In this document: positions 46,973 to 56,442 of the stretch, piece by piece
How the letters are laid out: each line of letters starts with the position of its first letter
Position numbering within the stretch: the stretch's first letter is position 1
From: Alphaproteobacteria bacterium
GTDB taxonomy: Bacteria; Pseudomonadota; Alphaproteobacteria; JAPULJ01
Direction: 5' to 3'
Assembly (NCBI GenBank): GCA_037387885.1
Contig: JARRKQ010000001.1
Span: 491 to 64,490 of the forward strand
Length of the DNA: 64,000 nucleotides
The notes under the pieces: model-generated
Database searches by the model: none
What the model was told of the DNA's origin: nothing
The model's input: only the letters and a program-made list of their open reading frames with translations
Program-made: the position numbers and the translations under genes

Positions 46973-47659
46973 ATGACCGTTTCGTATGACGTGATCGTCA
47001 AGGGCAACAATCTGGCCTTCCGCGGCGGCTATTTCGCCCTCGCCAACGTGACACTGGTCTTCACGCCCGACGGGCCGGTGCTGTTCGACACCGGGCATTA
47101 CTGCAACCGGCCCTCTCTGCTCGACGGCCTGACGCGCCACGGTCTCGCGCCGAAGGACGTACGCGCGGTCTTCCTCTCGCACCTCCATTTCGACCACTGC
47201 AACAACATCGACGTCTTCGCCGACGCCAAGGTCAATGTCTCGCAGCGCGAATGGGCGTATGTCGACGCGCCGCACGAAAAGGACATGTTCGTGCCCTGGA
47301 TGGTGCGCGAGCAGCTGAAGACGCATGACGTCGAGTTCCTCGACGGCGAGGGACGGATTGCCGAGGGCGTGCGTTACTTTCCAGCACCCGGTCACACGCC
47401 GGGGTCTTACGCGTTGGACCTCGACACCGCGGCGGGGGAGCGGGTGGTGCTGGCCGGCGATGCCATCAAATACGCCAAGGAGGCGGTGACCAAGCGCTGC
47501 GACATGGCCTTCGATACGATCGAGAGCGGCACTGCCTCGATCGAGCACATCCTCGCGATCGCCGACCGCATCGTGCCGGGGCACTTTCCCGAGCTCATCA
47601 AGCGCGATGGGACCTGGATCTGGGAGGAGGCGGCCGAGCTGCCTCTGCTGGTGCGTTAG
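46973..47659 (+). CDS. MBL-fold metallo-hydrolase
   Basis: The HLHFDH metal-binding motif is present. The start reads MTVSYDVIV, with GGAGGGGGAG upstream. Confidence 0.8.
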   Translation: MTVSYDVIVKGNNLAFRGGYFALANVTLVFTPDGPVLFDTGHYCNRPSLLDGLTRHGLAPKDVRAVFLSHLHFDHCNNIDVFADAKVNVSQREWAYVDAPHEKDMFVPWMVREQLKTHDVEFLDGEGRIAEGVRYFPAPGHTPGSYALDLDTAAGERVVLAGDAIKYAKEAVTKRCDMAFDTIESGTASIEHILAIADRIVPGHFPELIKRDGTWIWEEAAELPLLVR

Positions 47660-47670
47660 GTCGCGTCCGC

Positions 47671-48843
47671 TCAGCGCGGCGCGTAGACGGCGCGTTTTTC
47701 GGTGATGCCCTTGAGGTCGAATTCGCCCAGCAGCTCGAAGTCGCCACCATGGACGGCGGCAAAGGCGGCGGAGGCCAGCACGTTTTCGTCGATCTGACGC
47801 GTCAGCCCTTCGATGCGGGCGGCGAGGTTCACCGCCGGGCCGATCACGGTGAAGTCGAGCCGGTTGACGCTGCCGACATTGCCGTAGAGCACGTCACCGA
47901 AATGGAGCGCCACGCCGCACTCGAACGTCGGCTTGCCGGCGTCCGTCCTCGCCTCGTTGATGGCAGCGAGATCGACCTGCGCCGCGCGGGCGGCGGCGAG
48001 GGCACGGCGGGCGGCGTCGGCCTCGTCGTCATCTTTGGGCACGAAGATCGCCATCACCGCATCGCCGATGAACTTCAGGATCTCGCCACCTTCGGCCTCG
48101 ATCGCGCGCGCGACGGCATCGAAATAGTCGTTCAGGAGGTCGATGAGCTGAGGCCCGGGCAGCGTCTCCGATAGCGGCGTGAAGCCGCGCAGGTCGCAGA
48201 ACCAGATTGCCGCCTTGATCGTCTCCTGCGCGCCGCGCTTGATCGCGCCGTGCAGGACGCGCGTGCCAGCGACCGGCCCGACATAGGTGTCCACGAGCAT
48301 TCTAGCGAGGCGGTGCAGATAGAGCGTCTCCATGATCGGGGCGATGTCGCCCGCGATGCCCTCGAGCACGGCGATCTCGTCCTCGCTGAAGCCGCCCGCG
48401 CGGTTGGTCGCGTAGCTCACCGCCTTGTTCGAGCCGTCAGAAAAGGGGATGGGAATGACGATGTAATCGGTGAGCCCGGCAGCGCGGAGGTCGGGCAGGA
48501 CCGTGAACTCGCCCTCTTGCGGTGGGGCCTCCAGATGGCAGCGCACGCTGCGGCCCTCGTTGTAGACGATGTAGAGCGGGCTGTTGCGGAAGACCGCTTC
48601 GCCGTCGTCGGTCTGGCGGTACTGTCGGATGCTAACGCCCTTATCCTGCTCCCAGAGCGCGGAGAAGCTGTCGACTTGGGGATGCAGGCTTGGCACGCCC
48701 GAGGTGACGCGCACGATCGGCAGGCCCCAGCCGAGCAGGCGTTCGACGAAGGCGGTGACGAATACGTCGGGGTCTGCAATGAACCGCCCCTCCGCGCGCA
48801 GCCAGTCGCGGATCGCTTCGATGGTGGATTGCGGCTCGGGCAT
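47671..48843 (-). CDS. Class III adenylate/guanylate cyclase with an N-terminal sensor domain
   Basis: The C-terminal catalytic domain reads FCDLRGFTPLSE...LKFIGDAVMAIF...FGDVLYGNVGSVNRLDFTVIGPAVNLAARIEG. Confidence 0.8.
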   Translation of the reverse strand: MPEPQSTIEAIRDWLRAEGRFIADPDVFVTAFVERLLGWGLPIVRVTSGVPSLHPQVDSFSALWEQDKGVSIRQYRQTDDGEAVFRNSPLYIVYNEGRSVRCHLEAPPQEGEFTVLPDLRAAGLTDYIVIPIPFSDGSNKAVSYATNRAGGFSEDEIAVLEGIAGDIAPIMETLYLHRLARMLVDTYVGPVAGTRVLHGAIKRGAQETIKAAIWFCDLRGFTPLSETLPGPQLIDLLNDYFDAVARAIEAEGGEILKFIGDAVMAIFVPKDDDEADAARRALAAARAAQVDLAAINEARTDAGKPTFECGVALHFGDVLYGNVGSVNRLDFTVIGPAVNLAARIEGLTRQIDENVLASAAFAAVHGGDFELLGEFDLKGITEKRAVYAPR

Positions 48844-48875
48844 GAGCGGCGGGTTCTTCCAGCATGCGACACGGA

Positions 48876-50276
48876 TCAGTCCCCAAGAACCTGCATCGCC
48901 GCGGCGCGGCCGGCAAGCCGGCCGAGCACGGTGGCCGTCAGGAGCCCGTTGCCCGAGAGGTAACCCGAGACGTGCGGGCCGGACACACCGCAGGCCGCGC
49001 CGCCGCCGGCGAAGAGATTGGGGAGCGCCGTGCCGTCGGGGCGCAGCACGCGGCCGTCGGCGTCGACCACAAGTCCGCCCTGTGTGTGGAGCAGCGCGGC
49101 GGTCACCCGCACCGCGTAGTAAGGCGGGGCGAGCGGGGCCTGCCCCGTGAAGTCGCGGCCGAAGGGGCAGGGGCGTTCGCCCCTCGCGAAGCTTTGCGTT
49201 TCCGCAATGGTACGCGCGAGGGCGTCGGCCGGCAGGCCGGTTGCGTCAGCCAGCGCTTCGGCCGTGTCGCCCGTCTTGACCGCGCCCGCCTCGAAGGCGG
49301 TTCGGTAGTCGTCGAAGGTCATGCCGAGTTCGTGGATGCGCGCGTCGTAGATATCGAAGACGACGCCCTCTGGCTGGTCCTGCACGAAGACGGCCTGCTC
49401 CGAATAGCCTTGATGCTCGTTGGAGAAGCGCTCGCCCAACAGATTCACTTGAAAGCCGCCTTCCATCATCAACGCCCAGGTGATCTGGATGCCGTGCGGA
49501 TGCGCGATCGAGCCGTGGCCCTGATAGCCGCTCATATCGCGCGTGGCCGCGCCCAGCGCGGCGCCCCAGTCGATGCCCTCGCCCAGGTTGCCGGCATGGC
49601 CGAAATAGAGCGCGTTGGCGATCTCCGGGATGTTCTCGGCCACCATCGACGCGTTCCCGCCGAAGCCGTTGCAGGCCAGCAAGAGCACATCGCAGCCGAT
49701 ATCTTCGGCACTGCCGTCGGGCCGCTCGTACCATAGTCCGTGAACGCCCCCCGTCTCGTCCGCGAAGAGCGCGGTCACATGCGCGTCGCACAATATCTCA
49801 ATCCCGGCAGCCTCGGCGGCATTCCGTAGCGCGTCCATCAGCGCTTGGCCGGTCTTGCCGGGCGGGGCGTGCATGCGCAGACGCGAATGCCCCGGATAGA
49901 GGAAGCCCTCGACCAGCTCGAGCGGAATACCGCGGTCCTCGGCGAGCCAGTCGACGGTGGGGCCGGAGGCGCGGGCGATCACCTCGACCATGGCGGGATC
50001 GTTCTTGTCCTTGGCCTTGCGGCGGAGATCGCCAGCGAAGATCTCGGCGCTGTCGTCGATGCCTTTGGCCGCCTGGATGCGCGTGCCGGCGGCGGGGATC
50101 ATGCCCGACGACATGGCGGTCGAGCCCATCGGCAGCGGATCGCGTTCGAGCACCACGACCTCGGCGCCGAGCTCCGAGGCCGCGAGCGCCGCGGTCAGCC
50201 CACAGGCCCCGGCACCGACGATGACGAGCGGGACGGTGAAGGCGAAATCGGCCTGGTCGGGGCTGAGGATGGTCAT
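48876..50276 (-). CDS. FAD-dependent oxidoreductase of the fumarate reductase / succinate dehydrogenase flavoprotein-like fold (FAD_binding_2; TcuA / 3-oxosteroid-dehydrogenase-like)
   Basis: The N-terminal dinucleotide-binding motif is VIVGAGACGLTAALAASELGAEVVVLER. The C-terminal region reads LFAGGGAACGVSGPHVSG. Confidence 0.8.
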   Translation of the reverse strand: MTILSPDQADFAFTVPLVIVGAGACGLTAALAASELGAEVVVLERDPLPMGSTAMSSGMIPAAGTRIQAAKGIDDSAEIFAGDLRRKAKDKNDPAMVEVIARASGPTVDWLAEDRGIPLELVEGFLYPGHSRLRMHAPPGKTGQALMDALRNAAEAAGIEILCDAHVTALFADETGGVHGLWYERPDGSAEDIGCDVLLLACNGFGGNASMVAENIPEIANALYFGHAGNLGEGIDWGAALGAATRDMSGYQGHGSIAHPHGIQITWALMMEGGFQVNLLGERFSNEHQGYSEQAVFVQDQPEGVVFDIYDARIHELGMTFDDYRTAFEAGAVKTGDTAEALADATGLPADALARTIAETQSFARGERPCPFGRDFTGQAPLAPPYYAVRVTAALLHTQGGLVVDADGRVLRPDGTALPNLFAGGGAACGVSGPHVSGYLSGNGLLTATVLGRLAGRAAAMQVLGD

Positions 50277-50299
50277 GGGCGCCGCCGCGACGCGCGTTC

Positions 50300-51223
50300 T
50301 TAGCTCTGCCCCTTGAATGCCGCGAGGATCTCCGCGCCCGTCGCCGACCAGACGCCGTCATGGCTGGTGATATGCGCGAGCGCCGCCTCGAGCGCCCTGA
50401 TGCGGTGCGGCTGGCCCGACATCCAGGGATGGATGGTGACCGCCATGATCCGCCCGCCCTCGCTTTCGCTCTCGCGGTAGAGCACGTCGAACTGGTCGCG
50501 CACCTGGTCGACGAACTGCGCCTCGGAGTGGTGGTAGCCCATCATGATCGTCTGATCGTCGATCTCGTGGGCGTGGGGCATCGAGTGGATGGTGCCGTGC
50601 TTGGTCTTGATAGCGTAGGGCATGTCGTCGTTGATCCAGTCGCAGACGTAATCGATGCCTTCGGCCGCCACGAGGTCGAGCGTATTCTCCGATTCCGACT
50701 TGGCCGGCGAGAGCCATCCTGTCACCGGCTGCCCCGAGGCCTCGCGCAGGACGCTAAGCGCTTCTTGAACCAGAGCTTTTTCGTCGGCTTCGGCGAGCCC
50801 GCCATAGTGGAGCTTGCCCATATCGACGCCGTTCGCGATCACCTCCCAGCCGCGCGCGTTGATCTCGTCAATGAGGAGGGGATAGCGCTGGGCGATCTTG
50901 GAGTTCACCGCGACCGAGGCCTTTATGCCGAGCGTGTCGAGCAGCTTGAAGACGCGGAAGACTCCGACTCGGTTGCCGTAGTCGCGCAGCGTGTAGTGAC
51001 GAAGGTCGGGATAGGGGGTGACCATGCCGCCCGGCGCCTTGAAGGGCTGGGCCGGCTGGTTGAGCGGGAAGAATTCGAGCGCCGGCACGACCCAGAGCGC
51101 GATGCGCGCGCCGTTCGGCCATTCGATCTTCGGGCGCTTCTGGAGGATCGACCACTCATAGCGGTCGTGATCCATGCCGTAGCCGCGCTTGGGGTATTTG
51201 AGATAGTCGTCGGGGAGCGCCAT
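50300..51223 (-). CDS. Polysaccharide deacetylase (CE4) family protein, PuuE/allantoinase-like
   Basis: KIEWPNGARIALWVVPALEFF and the overall NodB-fold pattern. It is a paralogue of the next gene. Confidence 0.75.
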   Translation of the reverse strand: MALPDDYLKYPKRGYGMDHDRYEWSILQKRPKIEWPNGARIALWVVPALEFFPLNQPAQPFKAPGGMVTPYPDLRHYTLRDYGNRVGVFRVFKLLDTLGIKASVAVNSKIAQRYPLLIDEINARGWEVIANGVDMGKLHYGGLAEADEKALVQEALSVLREASGQPVTGWLSPAKSESENTLDLVAAEGIDYVCDWINDDMPYAIKTKHGTIHSMPHAHEIDDQTIMMGYHHSEAQFVDQVRDQFDVLYRESESEGGRIMAVTIHPWMSGQPHRIRALEAALAHITSHDGVWSATGAEILAAFKGQS

Positions 51224-51227
51224 CGGA

Positions 51228-52142
51228 TCAGCCTCCCTGATGTTTGGCGATATCGGCGATCGCCGTGTCGTAGTGGTGTTCGAGATACCACTGGGCGATC
51301 TCGCGGCCCGTCGTCATCCAGACATCGTCGTGCCCGGTGATGTATTCGAGCGCTTCGGCGAAGGGCTGGATGCGGTGGGGCTGGCCGACCGCGTAGGCGT
51401 GGAGCGGGATGCACATGACCGTGCCGCTCTCCCCGCCCTCCGCATACAACTGGTCGAAGTTCGCCTTCAGCATGTCGGCGTAGCGGCGCGGGGCCTGGAA
51501 GTTGAAGTTGTAGACGATGATGTCGTTCATCTCGAGCGAGTAGGGGATCGAGATGAAGCGGCCCTGCTTCACCTTCACCGGTTGGGGCTGGTCGTCGCAG
51601 AAGAGATCGCAGGTGTAGAGCAGGCCGTATTCGGCCAGCAGGTCCATCGTGCGCTCGGTATGGGTGAGCGCCGGAGCGAGCCAGCCCGCGATCATCTGCC
51701 CGGTGTGCGTCTTCACCGTCTCGATCGCGTCCTCGATGATGGCGCGCTCCTGCGCCTCGTCCATGTCGTAGCAGTAGCGCGTGTTGTAGATGCCGTGGGA
51801 GTAGAATTCCCAGTCGCGCTTGACGCATTCCTCGATCAGCTCGGGATGATGCTCGCAGAGCGCCACGTTCAGCGAGACGCTGCCGCGCACGCCGCAGCGG
51901 TCCATCACCTCCATCATCCGCCAATGCCCGGCGCGGTTGCCGTAGTCGCGCTGGGCGTAGGGCAGGATGGCGGGCGTCGGCCGCGGCCAGGGCGTGCGCT
52001 TGGGGTTCGATGGCGGATCGAGCTCGTAGAACTCGATATTGGGCGCAACCCAAAGGGCGACGCGCGCGCCGTTCGGCCATTCGAGCTTCGGCCGGTCCTT
52101 GTAGGGCCAGTAGTCGTAGAGCCCGGGATCGTCTTTCTGCAT
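51228..52142 (-). CDS. Polysaccharide deacetylase (CE4) family protein, PuuE/allantoinase-like (second copy)
   Basis: 304 aa from MQKDDPGLYDYWPYKDRPKLEWPNGARVALWVAPNIEFY. The 446-aa ORF in the track has an Arg-rich N-terminal artefact. Confidence 0.75.
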   Translation of the reverse strand: MQKDDPGLYDYWPYKDRPKLEWPNGARVALWVAPNIEFYELDPPSNPKRTPWPRPTPAILPYAQRDYGNRAGHWRMMEVMDRCGVRGSVSLNVALCEHHPELIEECVKRDWEFYSHGIYNTRYCYDMDEAQERAIIEDAIETVKTHTGQMIAGWLAPALTHTERTMDLLAEYGLLYTCDLFCDDQPQPVKVKQGRFISIPYSLEMNDIIVYNFNFQAPRRYADMLKANFDQLYAEGGESGTVMCIPLHAYAVGQPHRIQPFAEALEYITGHDDVWMTTGREIAQWYLEHHYDTAIADIAKHQGG

Positions 52143-52156
52143 GTTTTCGGGCTCGC

Positions 52157-52831
52157 TCAGTTGGGGGCCTGCCAGTCCTTCAGATAGCCGATCACGTCCG
52201 CCGCCGGCACGACGTCGGCATACTTGACCGCCATGTCGTAGAGGTTGGCGAAATGCGGGCTCTCGTGCTTGTCGGCGACGCATTCCTCCGCGACCACAGT
52301 GCGGTAGCCGTGGCTGAGGCTGTCGACGCAGGTCGCGCGCACGCAGCCGCTGGTCGACCCACCCGTCAGCACCACCGTGTCGCACTGATGCCAGACCAGC
52401 AGCGATTGCAGATTGGTCTCGTGGAACGCCGAGGCCATGCGCTTGTTGATGATGACGTCGCGGACCTTGTCGATGTTGAGGCGGTCGTCGAACTCCGAGC
52501 GCCTGGACCCGACCTTGATGTTCTGCAGCGAGTCGGGCGTGTCGGTGCGCGTGCCCCAGATGCCGCAATCCTCGCCCGATTCCATATAGGCGACATAGGT
52601 CCAGACGACGGGGATCGCCTTCGAACGCGCGAGATCGGAGATCTCGTTCACGTAATCCATCTGCTTGGGGTCGGTCTCGTAGGCGGTCTTGAACTCGCCG
52701 ACGTTCGTATAGGACTTCTGCAGATCGATATTGACGATCGCCGGTTTGCGGCCGAAGCCGAAGCGCGGGCGCGTCGGGTTCGCCTTGATCTCCTCATAGA
52801 GCTGGCGGGCCGTCTTGTCGGATGTCTCCAT
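52157..52831 (-). CDS. Isochorismatase-family cysteine hydrolase (amidohydrolase)
   Basis: The catalytic Cys is in LTGGSTSGCVRATCVDS and the conserved Lys in IINKRMASAF. It is related to CSHase, RutB and maleamate-amidase-type enzymes. Confidence 0.8.
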   Translation of the reverse strand: METSDKTARQLYEEIKANPTRPRFGFGRKPAIVNIDLQKSYTNVGEFKTAYETDPKQMDYVNEISDLARSKAIPVVWTYVAYMESGEDCGIWGTRTDTPDSLQNIKVGSRRSEFDDRLNIDKVRDVIINKRMASAFHETNLQSLLVWHQCDTVVLTGGSTSGCVRATCVDSLSHGYRTVVAEECVADKHESPHFANLYDMAVKYADVVPAADVIGYLKDWQAPN

Positions 52832-52843
52832 ACCGTCTCTCTC

Positions 52844-53737
52844 CTAGTCGTCTTCACTTTCGTATCGCTTGCCCATATCGAGCATGTCTTTGGTGCCGAG
52901 CAAGTCCTGCAGCCCGTCGAAATCGAGCATGCGGTCGCGCCAGGGCGCGGTCGAGCCGTGCTCGGCGAGGCTTCCGAAATAGTCGCGCAGCATATGGCCG
53001 ACCGCGCGCGCGGTGCCGCCCGGAAAGATCACCAGCTTGAAGCCGAGCGCCTGCAGCGCCGCGGCATCGAGGCTCGGCGTCTTGCCGCCCTCGACCATGT
53101 TCGCCATCAGCGGCGCGGCATTGCCGAGGCGCCCGACCATGGTCTGCATCTCGTCCTCGCTGCGCGGCGCTTCGACGAACAGCATGTCGGCGCCGGCCTC
53201 GGCGTAGCGCGCGGCGCGCTCGAGCGCGGGCTCGAAGCCCTCGACGCCGATCGCATCGGTGCGCGCGATGATCAGCGTGTCGGCATCGGCGCGGGCGTCG
53301 AGCGCGGCTTTGATCTTGCCGACCATCTCGTCGGTCGAAACGAGGTCCTTGTTGTCCAGGTGGCCGCAGCGCTTGGGATAGCTCTGATCCTCAATCTGGA
53401 TCGCCGAGGCGCCCATGCGCTCGAAGAGCTTGACCGTGCGGATCACGTTGAGGGCATTGCCGAAACCGGTATCGGCGTCGACGATGAGCGGGATGGCGAT
53501 GCGCTCGCGGATCGCCGAGACCACGCCCGCAACCTCCTCCATGCCGACGAGGCCGATGTCGGGCCGCCCGAAGCGGGCGTAGGCGATCGAGGCGCCGGAG
53601 AGATAGGCGGCGCGGAAGCCCGCCTCCTCTATCAGCAGCGCCGTGAACGCGTCGTAGCAGCCGGGCGCCACGACGATCTCCCGGCCCGTCAGCATGGCAG
53701 GGAGAGTTTCGCCACCAGGCGTGCGGGCGACATTCAT
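52844..53737 (-). CDS. Isocitrate lyase / PEP mutase superfamily lyase (2-methylisocitrate-lyase / 2,3-dimethylmalate-lyase-like)
   Basis: 297 aa from MNVARTPGG. ...IVDADTGFGNALNV...IEDQSYPKRCGHLDNK is the family active-site loop. Its start overlaps the stop of the LeuD-like gene (ATGA). Confidence 0.8.
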   Translation of the reverse strand: MNVARTPGGETLPAMLTGREIVVAPGCYDAFTALLIEEAGFRAAYLSGASIAYARFGRPDIGLVGMEEVAGVVSAIRERIAIPLIVDADTGFGNALNVIRTVKLFERMGASAIQIEDQSYPKRCGHLDNKDLVSTDEMVGKIKAALDARADADTLIIARTDAIGVEGFEPALERAARYAEAGADMLFVEAPRSEDEMQTMVGRLGNAAPLMANMVEGGKTPSLDAAALQALGFKLVIFPGGTARAVGHMLRDYFGSLAEHGSTAPWRDRMLDFDGLQDLLGTKDMLDMGKRYESEDD

Positions 53738-54243
53738 GCCGCCGCCCCTTTGAGCTTCTTCTTCAGATGCGGCAGCAGGCCGCCATCGGCGATCATGGCG
53801 AGGAGATGCGGCGGGATCGGCTCGCAAGAGAGGCGCTCACCGCCCTCGATCGCAAGGGTACCTTCGGCCGGATCGAGGCTGAGCGTGTCGCCCGCCCTGA
53901 TCTTGTCCGCGTCGGCGCAGACGAGCGCCGGCAGGCCGAGATTGATGGCGTTCCTATAGAAGATGCGGGCAAAGGATTTGGCGACCAGCGCCGATATGCC
54001 GAGCTCGAGCAGCGCTTGGCCCGCCTGCTCGCGCGACGAGCCCATGCCGAAATTCTCGCCGGCCACCAAGATGTCGCCGCGCTGGACGTTGCGGGCGAAG
54101 TCGGGATCGACCGATTCCAGGCAATGCTGGGCGAGCTCCGCCATCGAGCCCTTCATGTAGATGCCGGGCGCGAGCACGTCGGTGTCGATATTATCGCCGA
54201 AGACCCAGGCGCGGCCCGTCAGCGAGGTAATTTGCGCGCTCAT
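53734..54243 (-). CDS. Aconitase-family hydro-lyase small subunit (LeuD-like swivel domain)
   Basis: 169 aa. GDNIDTDVLAPGIYMK...VAGENFGMGSSREQA is typical of LeuD-like subunits. Confidence 0.85.
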   Translation of the reverse strand: MSAQITSLTGRAWVFGDNIDTDVLAPGIYMKGSMAELAQHCLESVDPDFARNVQRGDILVAGENFGMGSSREQAGQALLELGISALVAKSFARIFYRNAINLGLPALVCADADKIRAGDTLSLDPAEGTLAIEGGERLSCEPIPPHLLAMIADGGLLPHLKKKLKGAAA

Positions 54244-55520
54244 GCCGCCTTCTCCATCAGGAAGGCGCGCGGGTCGGTGATGTGGCCGGTGACGGCGCTC
54301 GCCGCCACAGTAAAGGGCGAGGCGAGATAGACCCGGCTTTCGGCATGGCCCATGCGGCCCTTGAAGTTGCGCGCGGTCGACGAAATGCAGACTTCGCCCG
54401 CCGCCAACACGCCGGCGCCATATCCGGCGCAGGCGCCGCAGCCGCTCGGCATCAGAATGGCGCCGGCCTCGGTCAGCACCGCAAGCGTGCCGTCGGCCGC
54501 CGCTTCGTTGGTGATGCGCGCCGAGGCGGGGGCGACCAGAAGGCGCACACCCGGCGCGACCTTGCGGCCGCCCAGGATTGCCGCGGCCATGCGCAGGTCG
54601 CCGAGCTTCGCCCCGGTGCAGGCGCCGATATAGGCCTGATCGATCTTCACCGTGTCGTGCGCCTCTGCATCGGCGGCGTTCTCCGGGCTGTGCGGCGCCG
54701 CGACCTGAGGATTGAGCGTGGTCGCATCGAAGCTGTGGATAGCCTCGACCTCGGCATCCGGATCGCTCTTCCAGTCGAGCGCGTCGTCACCGACATCGGC
54801 GCCGGCGGCGCGCAGATAGTCGAGCGTCACGTCGTCGGGCGCGATCAGGCCGACCTTGCCGCCGAGCTCCGCCGCCATGTTGGAGAGCACCATGCGCTCC
54901 GTCATTGGCAGCGCGGTCATGGCGGGACCGGTGTATTCGATCGCCTTGTAGTTCCCGACCCCCATGCCGAGTTCGCCGCAGAGCTTGAGCATCATGTCCT
55001 TCGCCGCGAGGCCCTCGCCCAGCGCTCCGGTCCACTCGATGCGGATGGTCGGCGGCACCTTGACCCAGATCTCGCCCGTCGCCATCACGCCCGCCATCTC
55101 GGTGGCGCCGATGCCGATCATGAAGGCGGCGAAGGCGCCGCCCGTCGTCGAATGCGAATCGCCGCCGGCGACGAACATGCCGGGCTTCAGATGCCCGCGC
55201 TCGGGCAGCACGATGTGGCAGATCCCCTGCATGTCGTAAAAGGCCTCGACGCCCGTGTCGCGCGCCCATTTGCGCGTCAGGTCGAGGATGGCGGCGCTTT
55301 CGGCATCGACTGCGGGGACGTAGTGGTCGGTGATCAGCACGACCTTCGAGGGATCCCAAACGTCCGCACCGATCTCTTCCAGCTTGGACACGAGGCGCCG
55401 CGGCCCGCTCGAATCGTGGACCATGGCGAGATCGACCTTGGCGGTGACGATCTCGCCCGGTGTGACGGACGGAACGCCCGCCGCCTTGGCGCAAAGCTTT
55501 TCCGCCAATGTCATGCTCAT
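54240..55520 (-). CDS. Aconitase-family hydro-lyase large subunit (LeuC-like)
   Basis: 426 aa. AGGDSHSTTGGAFAAFMIGIGATE and the three cluster cysteines (CTGAKL ... SGCGACAGYG) are present. Confidence 0.85.
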   Translation of the reverse strand: MSMTLAEKLCAKAAGVPSVTPGEIVTAKVDLAMVHDSSGPRRLVSKLEEIGADVWDPSKVVLITDHYVPAVDAESAAILDLTRKWARDTGVEAFYDMQGICHIVLPERGHLKPGMFVAGGDSHSTTGGAFAAFMIGIGATEMAGVMATGEIWVKVPPTIRIEWTGALGEGLAAKDMMLKLCGELGMGVGNYKAIEYTGPAMTALPMTERMVLSNMAAELGGKVGLIAPDDVTLDYLRAAGADVGDDALDWKSDPDAEVEAIHSFDATTLNPQVAAPHSPENAADAEAHDTVKIDQAYIGACTGAKLGDLRMAAAILGGRKVAPGVRLLVAPASARITNEAAADGTLAVLTEAGAILMPSGCGACAGYGAGVLAAGEVCISSTARNFKGRMGHAESRVYLASPFTVAASAVTGHITDPRAFLMEKAA

Positions 55521-55527
55521 GGCGACC

Positions 55528-56367
55528 TCACCCTGCCGGCGACCAGATCTTGCGGTCCTCGCCGTCGATCCGGTTGAGCGTCATCTGATACTGGTAGCGG
55601 TCGGGCCGGTAGAGCCCGGTGATATGCTCCACGGCGCGCTGGTCCTGGTCGTGAACCGTGCGCGTAATGCGCAGCAGCGGGGCGCCGACCTGCACCTCCA
55701 GCAACGGCGCGATGCGCGCATCCGCCAGCGCGGCCGTCAGCGTCTGGTGCGCCGAGGAGACGATCACGCCGCAGCGCTCGAGCAGGGCTAGCAGCGGCCG
55801 GTTGGCCAGATCGTCGCGGCTGTAGGAGCGGCCGAGGGCTTCGGGCACATGCGTCGTCAGATGCGAGAAGGGCTCGCCCTCCATGTGCCGCACGCGCACC
55901 GCGCGCTGAACCGTCGTGCCGGCCTCGCAGCCGAGGGCGCGGGCGATCTCCTCCGAGGCGGCGACGTAGTCGAAATCGAGGAGCCGCACCTCGGTCTTGA
56001 TGCCCATCTGCAGGAGATTTTCGAGCAAGCCTTCGACGGAGGCGCGGACGGGCGGCGAGGGCGCCTCGAAGCGCACCACGGTGCCGCGCCCGCGCTCGCG
56101 GCTCACCAGCCCTTCCGCGGCCAGTTCGTTCAGCGCCCGCTTGGCGGTGACCCGGCTGACCCCATATTGCCGCGTCAGCTCGAACTCGCTCGGCAGGATG
56201 GCGCCGTTGGGATAGGCGCCGCTCACGATCTCGTCGCGCAGGATCGTGTAGATCTGGTGGTAGAGCGGCGTCGGCTGGCGCGCATCGACGCCGCCGCGCG
56301 CGGCCGTCGCATTGGGATCGGCGGGTCGCCGGGCGAGCAGGGTATCTGTTCTCGGCTGCGCGGCCAT
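55528..56367 (-). CDS. GntR family transcriptional regulator, HutC subfamily (UTRA effector domain)
   Basis: The HTH reads LPSEFELTRQYGVSRVTAKRALNELAAEGLVSRERGRGTVV. The start is MAAQPRTDTL at 56367, with GGGAGGA upstream. It heads the minus-strand operon 55520-48876. Confidence 0.8.
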   Translation of the reverse strand: MAAQPRTDTLLARRPADPNATAARGGVDARQPTPLYHQIYTILRDEIVSGAYPNGAILPSEFELTRQYGVSRVTAKRALNELAAEGLVSRERGRGTVVRFEAPSPPVRASVEGLLENLLQMGIKTEVRLLDFDYVAASEEIARALGCEAGTTVQRAVRVRHMEGEPFSHLTTHVPEALGRSYSRDDLANRPLLALLERCGVIVSSAHQTLTAALADARIAPLLEVQVGAPLLRITRTVHDQDQRAVEHITGLYRPDRYQYQMTLNRIDGEDRKIWSPAG

Positions 56368-56442
56368 TGCTGAAGCGGATCCTCCCAAGAAAGCGAGCAA
56401 GCGAGAAAACGGCGCTCGGCTCGCCGTCCAAGTGACATGTTC

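Noticed and set aside
53734-55520. Biosynthetic leuC/leuD as the identity of the aconitase-family pair
   Set aside because: The operon context (a GntR/HutC regulator, an ICL-family lyase, amidohydrolases) and the short large subunit (426 aa) fit a catabolic LeuCD-like hydratase better. This cannot be excluded without genome-wide paralogue information.
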